Assembly: GCA_937936615.1 (NCBI GenBank)
Contig: CALDDN010000003.1
Coordinates: 2,520-66,519, forward strand
Length of the DNA stretch: 64,000 nt
From: an uncultured Bacteroidia bacterium
Lineage (GTDB): Bacteria > Bacteroidota > Bacteroidia > J057 > CALDDN01
Reading direction: 5' to 3'
The notes under the pieces: model-generated
What the model was told of the DNA's origin: nothing
The model's database searches: none
Seen by the model: the letters and a program-made list of their open reading frames with translations, nothing else
Made by a program: the position numbers and the translations under genes
Shown here: positions 54,470 through 61,973 of the stretch, piece by piece
Layout of the letters: the number at the start of each line of letters is the position of its first letter
Numbering within the stretch: position 1 is the first letter of the stretch

Positions 54470-55315
54470 ATGTTCAATCTGCCCAGTGAATATGACATCG
54501 AAATCGAACTCGATGACTTGAACAAGCTAACCGATGCCGTATTGACCAAGTACGGCTACGACTTTGGGAACTATGCCATGTCCTCGTTCAAGCGGCGGAT
54601 CATCATGGTGCTCAAAAAGCATGGTATCAAGACCGTGGAATTGCTTATTCAAAAGATATTGCATGATTCGCAATTTTTCGAGCAATTCATTCTGGATATA
54701 ACGGTTAATACGACCGAGCTATTTCGCGATCCCAGTTTTTTTCGGTATCTGCGCGAGAAGATCATTCCGGTGCTCAATACCCGACCGGAATTCAATATCT
54801 GGCACGCTGCCTGTTCTTCGGGCGAGGAAGTAATTTCGATGTCGATTCTGCTGCACGAAGAAGGGCTGCTGTCGCGGGCCAAAGTCTACGCAACCGACAT
54901 TAACCACGCGGTGCTCAAGCGGGCTGCCGAAGCCCGTTACCCTCTGCGCAATCTTGAGCTTTTCAAGCAGAACTACGAGCTGACCATGCCCAAAGGCAAG
55001 CTCGAAGACTACTACATCGTCAAAGACAATGAAATTTACTTTGATCCGGCCCTGGTATCGCATGTCAAATTCAAGCATCATGACCTGGCGGTCGATCATC
55101 ATTTTTTCAAATTCGACTTTATATTCTGCCGCAATGTCCTGATTTATTTCAATCAGGATTTGCAGAATCGTGTTTTTGAACTGCTGCACAACAGCTTGTT
55201 TCTGGGCGGTTTCCTGGCATTGGGTGCCAAGGAATCGATGGTTTGGTGTCGCATTTCAGACAAATTCGAAGTTGTCAATGAGATCGAAAAAGTCTATAAA
55301 AAGATCAAATTGTGA
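54470..55315 (+). CDS. cheR: CheR-type protein-glutamate O-methyltransferase (stand-alone)
   Basis: N-terminal helical domain (YGYDFGNYAMSSFKRRI). SAM-binding IWHAACSSGEEVISMSILL, ATDINHAVLKRAAEARYP, FDFIFCRNVLIYFNQDLQNRV. The ATG at 54470 is preferred over the track start at 54434. GC is markedly low. Confidence 0.85.
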   Translation: MFNLPSEYDIEIELDDLNKLTDAVLTKYGYDFGNYAMSSFKRRIIMVLKKHGIKTVELLIQKILHDSQFFEQFILDITVNTTELFRDPSFFRYLREKIIPVLNTRPEFNIWHAACSSGEEVISMSILLHEEGLLSRAKVYATDINHAVLKRAAEARYPLRNLELFKQNYELTMPKGKLEDYYIVKDNEIYFDPALVSHVKFKHHDLAVDHHFFKFDFIFCRNVLIYFNQDLQNRVFELLHNSLFLGGFLALGAKESMVWCRISDKFEVVNEIEKVYKKIKL

Positions 55316-55364
55316 TCAGTTTATTTGTAAATAATCTAAAAGTCAATACCTGAAACCCGCGTAG

Positions 55365-55946
55365 ATGAGCGGTTCATTTAACAAGGAGCAATACCACGTA
55401 TTGGTTATCGGGGGGTCTGCGGGCAGCTTTCCGTCGGTCTCGCGCATCCTCGAGCACCTGCCCAATGACTACCGCCTGCCGGTGGTCATGTGCCTGCACC
55501 GCCTGCGCGACAAGCGCGAGGGCTTCAAAGAAGCCCTCGAAATCAAGTCGAAAATGCCCGTTTGTGAACCCAACGATAAAGACCTCATCCTGCCCGCCCA
55601 CGTTTACATTGCACCGGCCAACTACCACCTGCTCATCGAAACCCCTCATTTTTTTGCCTTAGCTACCACCGAACTGGTACAGTACTCCCGTCCCTCAATC
55701 GATGTCCTGTTTGAGTCTGCGGCCGATGCGCTGAAATCGAACGTGTTGGCTGTACTGCTCTCGGGTGCCAACCGCGACGGGGCCTTGGGTATGAAACGCA
55801 TCCACGTCAAAGGCGGTTACACGGTTGTTCAGGACCCTGCTACGTGCAGCATGAACACCATGCCCCAAGCCGCTCTCGACCTAACCCCTGTGGATCGAAT
55901 TCTCGATCTGGATCGGATTATCGAATTTCTCATCGACTTGCACTAA
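55365..55946 (+). CDS. cheB: CheB-type methylesterase catalytic domain only (no receiver domain)
   Basis: At 193 aa it is catalytic domain only. VLVIGGSAGSFPSV carries the Ser, VVMCLHRL the His region, VLLSGANRDGALGM the Asp, and GGYTVVQDPATC...MPQAAL follows. Confidence 0.8.
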   Translation: MSGSFNKEQYHVLVIGGSAGSFPSVSRILEHLPNDYRLPVVMCLHRLRDKREGFKEALEIKSKMPVCEPNDKDLILPAHVYIAPANYHLLIETPHFFALATTELVQYSRPSIDVLFESAADALKSNVLAVLLSGANRDGALGMKRIHVKGGYTVVQDPATCSMNTMPQAALDLTPVDRILDLDRIIEFLIDLH

Positions 55947-55956
55947 ACCTTCTCCC

Positions 55957-56550
55957 GTGTTTACAGGTATTGTAGAGGCCATGGCCACGGTTGTGGACCT
56001 CAGGCCCGAGGGCAGCAACCTGCGCCTGACTCTCGAAACCCCTCTGGCCGCCGACCTGCGTGTTGATCAGAGTGTGGCCCACAACGGCGTGTGCCTTACG
56101 GTCGAACGGGCCGAAGCCAGCCGCTATGAAGTGGTGGCCGTTGCCGAAACCCTGAGCAAAACCAATCTGGCCGACCTGCGGGTCGGTGATGCCGTCAACC
56201 TGGAACGCTGCCTGCGGGCCGATGCCCGCCTCGACGGGCATATGGTGCAGGGGCATGTCGACCGCACGCTGCACCTGCTGGCTGTGGTCGAACTGGACGG
56301 CAGCTGGCTGCTGGATATCGAACTGCCGGCTGCAGATCGTGCTCTGGTAGTGTCCAAAGGTTCGATTGCCCTCAACGGCGTCAGCCTGACGGTAGCCGAT
56401 CTGGCCGAGGCCCAGTTTAGCGTGGCCATCATTCCCTACACCTGGACACATACTAACTTGAGCCGTCTTGATCCCGGGCATCGGCTCAACGTCGAGTACG
56501 ACCTGCTGGGCAAGTACATTGTGCGCTGGCTGGAGCTTCGCGCCGGTTGA
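55957..56550 (+). CDS. ribE: riboflavin synthase (alpha chain)
   Basis: The GTG start gives MFTGIVEAMATVVDL.... It has the duplicated lumazine-binding repeat (GDAVNLERCL...; GVSLTVADL...). Confidence 0.9.
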   Translation: MFTGIVEAMATVVDLRPEGSNLRLTLETPLAADLRVDQSVAHNGVCLTVERAEASRYEVVAVAETLSKTNLADLRVGDAVNLERCLRADARLDGHMVQGHVDRTLHLLAVVELDGSWLLDIELPAADRALVVSKGSIALNGVSLTVADLAEAQFSVAIIPYTWTHTNLSRLDPGHRLNVEYDLLGKYIVRWLELRAG

Positions 56551-56609
56551 TGGCCGCCGGGCGTGGGATATTTCCTTATTTTTGGGCAGCCCTTATTATG
56601 CCCCTGTGT

Positions 56610-59600
56610 ATGCGATACCTGGTACTTGTTGTTTGGATGTGGCTGGCGGCAGCCATGCTTGCTCAGGCTCAACTCCCATTTGCCATAGGCGGTCCGACCG
56701 CCGACGTGGCCGCGGATGTGGTCCGTGATGCCTCCAACCACATCTACGTGCTCGTTAACTTTACCGGTAACCAGCCTGTCGATTTCGATCCGACAGGCAA
56801 TACCTTCAACCTCACGGGAACCGATGCCCAATCGGATGTGGCGTTGGCCAAGTACACCGCCGACGGTGGTTTCGTGTGGGCTGTCGCCCTGCAGGGGGCG
56901 CAGGAGGATGTGGGCTATTCGCTGGCCCTCAGCCCCGATGGCAGTGGCATCTACGTCGTTGGCTCCTTTTCCGGAACGATCGATTTCAACCCTGGGCCTG
57001 GCGTCGAGCAGCGTACCTCGACCGGTCAGCTCGATGCCTTCCTGGCCCGCTTTCGCACGGCAGATGGTTCGTTGGTCTGGGCCATCACCTTCGGCGGCAC
57101 GGGTAACGATTACGCCTTTGATGCAGTGGCCGATGCCCAGGACCGCGTTTTTGTATCCGGAGTCTACCAAAGTGTGGTCGATTTTGATCCCTCGGCGGGT
57201 ACTCGTCTGGTTACTACGGCAGGTCTTTCGGACAATTACCTGGCCTGCTACGAGGGCAGCAACGGAGCTTTCGTCTGGGTCAACCCCATCGGGGGCATTC
57301 TGGACGATTATGCCGGAACGGGTGGCACAGGCGTTGTCCTCGACAACCAAGGAGGTGTTTACATAACGGGCCTATTTGCCGGCTCTGCCGATTTCAATCC
57401 TGATCCCAACGTCGATTTTCCTCTGGCAGCCATCGGAGGCCTCGACCATTTCGTAGCCCGCTACGAGACCACATCGGGAGCATTTTTCTGGGCTTCAGGC
57501 TTTGGGGGCCTCGACAATGAATTTGCCGGCATTGGCGGCATTGCCTGGACTTCCAACGGGCAGGTTGCGATTGCGGGCGGCTTCCGAGGAACGGGTGAGT
57601 CCTATCCCACGCCCGGCCCGTTCATCGATTCCAAAGGCGAACTGGATGTCCTCCTGGCAGGTTTTGACGCCGGAACAGGCGATGCGCTCTGGTCTGTTGG
57701 CTTTGGCGGTCCGGAGAACGATGCAGCCAGCCGCCTCATTGCTGACGGTGCCAACGAATACTATGTTACCGGTGCGTTCAGTGGCACAGCCGATTTTGAT
57801 CCCCTGTCAGCAAGCCAGTTCCTGATCGAATCGCGGGGAACGGGCGGGGCTACCGATGTTTTTGTAGGCAAGTATGGCCCCATCGGCAATTTCATCTGGG
57901 CGGTTTCTGCCGGGCCGGTACTGACGGGCGCAGCCAGCCATACCGCCGGTCTGGGGCTGGCCTGGAACGGCAGCCTGAACCGCCTTTACGCAGCCGGTCG
58001 TTTTCACGGAACGGCGGACTTCAATCCTGGACCTCCGGTAACCAATCTGGTTTCTGCCGGCGAGGCCGATGCTTTTGTGTGGAGCCTCGATGGCAACGGA
58101 CAGTTCAGCCAGACAATTGCTTGCCCTGCACCGGTTTCGCTGACCTCCTCAACCATTACGGAAAACAGCGCGGTGCTTGTCTGGCCTGCCGTGCCGCAGG
58201 CCGGCAGCTACGAAGTAAGCTTCGGACCGCTTGCCGACCCCAGCCCGCAGGTTACGACTGGTTTTACAGGGACGCAGTTTTCGGCCAGCAACTTGCAGCC
58301 CAATACCCTGTACCGGATCGCCGTGCGCAGCGAGTGCGGAACCGACCGCTCGGCTGTCATCGATTTTGCATTTGTAACCAGCGACCTGCCTCCCCAGCCT
58401 TGCCCGCTGCCCCTTCCGCCCACGGTCAGCGACCTGAATCCGACCCGGGCACGGCTCAACTGGACGGCCTTTCCCAACGTCATCAGCTACGAAGTGAGCT
58501 ATCGCGAGGTGGGAGCACCTAATTTTATCGTCGTTCCCAATCTGCCTACGGCCACACTTCAGCTCGACAACCTGAGTCCGGCAACAAGGTATGAGGTACG
58601 CCTGCGCAACGCATGCATCGGTTTTGGCTTCACACCTTTTTCCGATGTCATCACCTTTACCACCCCCGGCCTGCTCGATCAATGCCTGAACGCCGTCCGC
58701 CCGCCCGTTGTGGTTGAAACCGGTACTACAAGCGTGCGCCTGAACTGGACGGCAGCTCCCGGGGCCAATTTCTACGAACTGCAGTACCGCCGCGTGGGCG
58801 ATGCGTTCTGGGTCGGTCTGCCCGGCACCACGGCTCTGCAAGCTTTGGTCGCCGACCTGATCCCCAATACGGAATACGAATTCCGCCTGCGGGTTAACTG
58901 TTCGGGTACGCCCTCTCCCTTTACGTCGGAGGTACGGGCGGTTACCGGAACGGTACCTTCGCCCTCGTGTGCCATTCCGACCGATGTTCGCATCGACGAG
59001 ATCAGCGAAAGCCGTGCCGTGGTACGGTGGCAGCCGGCAGCCGGTGCCTTGCGCTACGAGGTAAGCTACCGCACCACGCGGGGTTTCATCACCGTATCGG
59101 TACCCAATATATCGAGTACTGAACTGGAGCTGACCAACCTGCTGACTGCCACCGAATACGGCGTGCGGGTGCGGGCCCTATGCGCCAGCGGCAGTTCCAA
59201 CTTCAGTCAGGAGCTGTTCTTCCGTACCGCCCAGCCACCGATCGTCTGCTTTACGCCGGCTGTTTCGGTGGGGGCGGTCGGCGAAACAGCTGCGACTGTC
59301 TTCGGAGTCAACGTCCTCGATGAGTACGAAGTAGAATTTAAGGCCGAGGGTGCGACCGACTTTACGTCCGTGATCGCCAGCGTGGTACCTTTTCAGCTGG
59401 TGAATCTGCTTCCGGGTACCCGCTACGAGCTGCGCATCCGCAATCGCTGCCCCAACAACACCTTTTCGCCTTATTCGGCTTCGGTCGTCTTTACAACCGA
59501 TCGCACCCCCGATCCTTGTCCTACGCCGACCCGTCTGACGGTCGAAGTACTCGGACCGACCCTGGCACGGGTATCGTGGCCGGAATCGATCGCGTTCTAC

Positions 59601-61973
59601 AAAATTGAATACCGGGTCGAAGGCAGCGAACGCTGGATTTCAGGCTTTTTCACTGAAAGTGGCCCCATCCTGCTGCGAAATCTGGAACCGGCCACCCCCT
59701 ACGAGGTGCGTCTCGTGCCCATCTGCGAGGGCATCGAGGGCCGTCCCTCGCCGACACAGCCCTTCCTTACGGGAGCGGCTGTGCCTTGCCCGGCCCCGAC
59801 AGCCCGCCTGCTGACGGTCGACCAGACTACGGCTACGCTCAGTTGGGTACCCGATGCGGCCCTCTATGAAATTGGCCTGCGTGTGGCTGGTCAGGATTTA
59901 TTCAGTGAGGATTTTACGCTGGATAACCCCTTGATGCTCAAAGGCCTGCAAGCCGGAACGGCCTATGAATTCCGGGTGCGCCGCATCTGCGTCGATGGGC
60001 TGCCCTCGCCCTGGTCGAATGTTGTGCGGTTTGAAACCCAGGCCCGACCAGTGAACTGTACGACACCCCTTGTAACGTTGGTGTCCAATGCAGGAGGTGC
60101 AGTAACGCTGAGCTGGCCGGCCGTGCCCGATGCGATCAGCTACGAAGTTTTCTTCGGAGTGGTCGGCAGCTCGCGTGTTGAAACCCGCGTTTCGCTTACA
60201 CCTTTCATTGTATTGGATGGCCTGGCTCCAGGTACGGAATACCGGTATCAGGTGCGCAGCCGCTGCGGTACCGAGCTGTGGTCGCTCTTCACCGAAACGA
60301 TGACCTTTCGCACGGGCGACCTCGGTTGTCCGCGACCGGTGCTCACGCTGGCCGATGCCGGAACCGACTTTCTGCTCTTCGATGTCGAGCCGGAGTCTGC
60401 GTCTGGATACGAGATTGAATACCGGCCTCAGAATGGAACGGACTTCGTTCGATTGGCGGCCCCAGCAGGCAATTCGCTGCTGCTGTCCAATCTGGCAGCA
60501 GGCTTTACTTACGAAGTTCGGGCACGAAGCCGCTGCGCCGGTGGCAGGCTATCGGACCAGTCGGAACCGGTTCTGGCGACTACCCAGAACCTGCGTGAAT
60601 GTCCGACCCCGACTCTGAGGCTGGCCAACCTGACACCGGTTTCGGCAGTGGTGGTCTGGAATCCGTCCGACGCAGGCTTTGAAGTGGGGATTCGTTCAAC
60701 TGGTCAGGTCGAGTTCGTAACGACATTTGAATCGGGCCAGCGCAACACCTTTGTTTTCAGTGGGCTGCAGCCCAACACTGCCTACGAAGTTCGAGTACGT
60801 AATTTCTGTGGCGATCGCTTTGGGGGCTTCTCCAACGTGCTGACGTTCCGCACGCCGGAGCAGCCCACTACCGACGATTGCCCCGTTCCAAACCTGCAGC
60901 TGGTGGGTCTCGAGCGCAACGCTGCAACCTTTAACTGGAGTCCGCCTGCCTCGGCCTTTGAAATCGGTTTCCGTCTGGCCGACAGCCCTACATGGAGCAC
61001 TTTTGCGGTGATGGGCACCCAGCCCTTCCGCCTGCCCAACCTGACTGCCGGCACCCGCTATGAGTTCCGCGTACGCAACCTTTGTACAGGCAATCGCTAC
61101 TCGCCCTATTCGAATGCAGTCAGCTTCACCACCTTGGGCGACGGCCCGCCCCCGCCGGCCTGCAACGCACCGGTTCCCCGTATCGACGAAGTCGGTTTCA
61201 CGACGGCCCGCCTTTCGTGGCCGCCCGTTTCGGGGGCTGTCGAATACGAAATCGAACGCACCGGCCCCGATGGCGTGCAGACTGCATTCAGCATCCAGCC
61301 CGGCATAGTCTGGAATAACCTGGCCCCCGGCAGCCGCTATACGGCTCGGGTGCGTACGCGCTGTCAGTCGGGGCTTTCGCCTTTTTCGCTGCAGCTGGTT
61401 TTCGATACGCCGCGGCAGCCGGTTGGCGATGCCTGCTTCACACCGACGGGTCTCGACTTCGAGGCTATAACCGACCGCTCGGCGCGGGTAGTCTGGTCGC
61501 CCGTTCCGGGTGCTCTGCGTTATCAGGTGCTCTGGCGGCAGGCTGGTCAGCCCAACACGCTGCGCAGCATCGAAACCTCCAGTCCTTCGGTTACACTGGA
61601 GTTGCTTATCCCGAATTTTCCCTATGAAGTACAGGTTCGAGCTGTCTGTACGGGCGGTCGGGCAAGTGATTACACGGCCTTCCGTCGCTTTACAACCCGA
61701 CTGAACCGCGATGCGGCTCCCACGGCTTCCGTTTCAGCTTTCGAAATCTACCCCAATCCGACGACAGGTCTGCTGACCCTTCGCGGTCTGTCCGCTGCAG
61801 CTCCGAACACCTTGCGCCTGCTTGATCTGAGCGGTCGCCTGCTGTGGGAGACGGCAACCGCGGCTGAAGCAGTCGATCTTGATTTCGGCTGGGTCGGGCA
61901 GGGACTTTACCTGCTCGAATGCCAGGCCGATGGGCAGCGGCATGTGCAACGCTTGGTTATTCTGCCTCGCTGA
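56610..61973 (+). CDS. giant T9SS cargo: 7-bladed SBBP-type beta-propeller + 13 Cys-bracketed FN3 modules + type-A CTD
   Basis: The preferred start at 56610 (MRYLVLVVWMWLAAAMLAQAQ) gives a signal peptide; ATGs at 56550 and 56598 are alternatives. CTD FEIYPNPTTGLLTLRGL...GLYLLECQADG...RLVILPR (about 61731-61970). Confidence 0.85.
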   Translation: MRYLVLVVWMWLAAAMLAQAQLPFAIGGPTADVAADVVRDASNHIYVLVNFTGNQPVDFDPTGNTFNLTGTDAQSDVALAKYTADGGFVWAVALQGAQEDVGYSLALSPDGSGIYVVGSFSGTIDFNPGPGVEQRTSTGQLDAFLARFRTADGSLVWAITFGGTGNDYAFDAVADAQDRVFVSGVYQSVVDFDPSAGTRLVTTAGLSDNYLACYEGSNGAFVWVNPIGGILDDYAGTGGTGVVLDNQGGVYITGLFAGSADFNPDPNVDFPLAAIGGLDHFVARYETTSGAFFWASGFGGLDNEFAGIGGIAWTSNGQVAIAGGFRGTGESYPTPGPFIDSKGELDVLLAGFDAGTGDALWSVGFGGPENDAASRLIADGANEYYVTGAFSGTADFDPLSASQFLIESRGTGGATDVFVGKYGPIGNFIWAVSAGPVLTGAASHTAGLGLAWNGSLNRLYAAGRFHGTADFNPGPPVTNLVSAGEADAFVWSLDGNGQFSQTIACPAPVSLTSSTITENSAVLVWPAVPQAGSYEVSFGPLADPSPQVTTGFTGTQFSASNLQPNTLYRIAVRSECGTDRSAVIDFAFVTSDLPPQPCPLPLPPTVSDLNPTRARLNWTAFPNVISYEVSYREVGAPNFIVVPNLPTATLQLDNLSPATRYEVRLRNACIGFGFTPFSDVITFTTPGLLDQCLNAVRPPVVVETGTTSVRLNWTAAPGANFYELQYRRVGDAFWVGLPGTTALQALVADLIPNTEYEFRLRVNCSGTPSPFTSEVRAVTGTVPSPSCAIPTDVRIDEISESRAVVRWQPAAGALRYEVSYRTTRGFITVSVPNISSTELELTNLLTATEYGVRVRALCASGSSNFSQELFFRTAQPPIVCFTPAVSVGAVGETAATVFGVNVLDEYEVEFKAEGATDFTSVIASVVPFQLVNLLPGTRYELRIRNRCPNNTFSPYSASVVFTTDRTPDPCPTPTRLTVEVLGPTLARVSWPESIAFYKIEYRVEGSERWISGFFTESGPILLRNLEPATPYEVRLVPICEGIEGRPSPTQPFLTGAAVPCPAPTARLLTVDQTTATLSWVPDAALYEIGLRVAGQDLFSEDFTLDNPLMLKGLQAGTAYEFRVRRICVDGLPSPWSNVVRFETQARPVNCTTPLVTLVSNAGGAVTLSWPAVPDAISYEVFFGVVGSSRVETRVSLTPFIVLDGLAPGTEYRYQVRSRCGTELWSLFTETMTFRTGDLGCPRPVLTLADAGTDFLLFDVEPESASGYEIEYRPQNGTDFVRLAAPAGNSLLLSNLAAGFTYEVRARSRCAGGRLSDQSEPVLATTQNLRECPTPTLRLANLTPVSAVVVWNPSDAGFEVGIRSTGQVEFVTTFESGQRNTFVFSGLQPNTAYEVRVRNFCGDRFGGFSNVLTFRTPEQPTTDDCPVPNLQLVGLERNAATFNWSPPASAFEIGFRLADSPTWSTFAVMGTQPFRLPNLTAGTRYEFRVRNLCTGNRYSPYSNAVSFTTLGDGPPPPACNAPVPRIDEVGFTTARLSWPPVSGAVEYEIERTGPDGVQTAFSIQPGIVWNNLAPGSRYTARVRTRCQSGLSPFSLQLVFDTPRQPVGDACFTPTGLDFEAITDRSARVVWSPVPGALRYQVLWRQAGQPNTLRSIETSSPSVTLELLIPNFPYEVQVRAVCTGGRASDYTAFRRFTTRLNRDAAPTASVSAFEIYPNPTTGLLTLRGLSAAAPNTLRLLDLSGRLLWETATAAEAVDLDFGWVGQGLYLLECQADGQRHVQRLVILPR
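56690..58100 (+). repeat. seven SBBP-like beta-propeller blades
   Basis: The motifs D...(I/V)Y(V/I).G.F.G(T/S).DF(D/N)P alternate with .D.F(L/V)A(K/R)(Y/F)...G...W(A/S)...GG...D. Examples: IYVVGSFSGTIDFNPGPG / LDAFLARFRTADGSLVWAITFGGTGND. I counted 7 units. Confidence 0.65.
58122..61700 (+). repeat. 13 tandem Cys-bracketed FN3-like modules (about 275 nt period)
   Basis: Each module starts with C(P/x)(x)P and contains (L/V).W......(Y/F)E(V/I).(Y/F)R, then L.P.T.Y(E/R)(V/F)R(V/I)R..C. The first is CPAPVSLTSSTITENSAVLVWPAVPQAGSYEVSF...YRIAVRSEC. The last is CFTPTGLDFEAITDRSARVVW...YEVQVRAVC. Confidence 0.75.
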
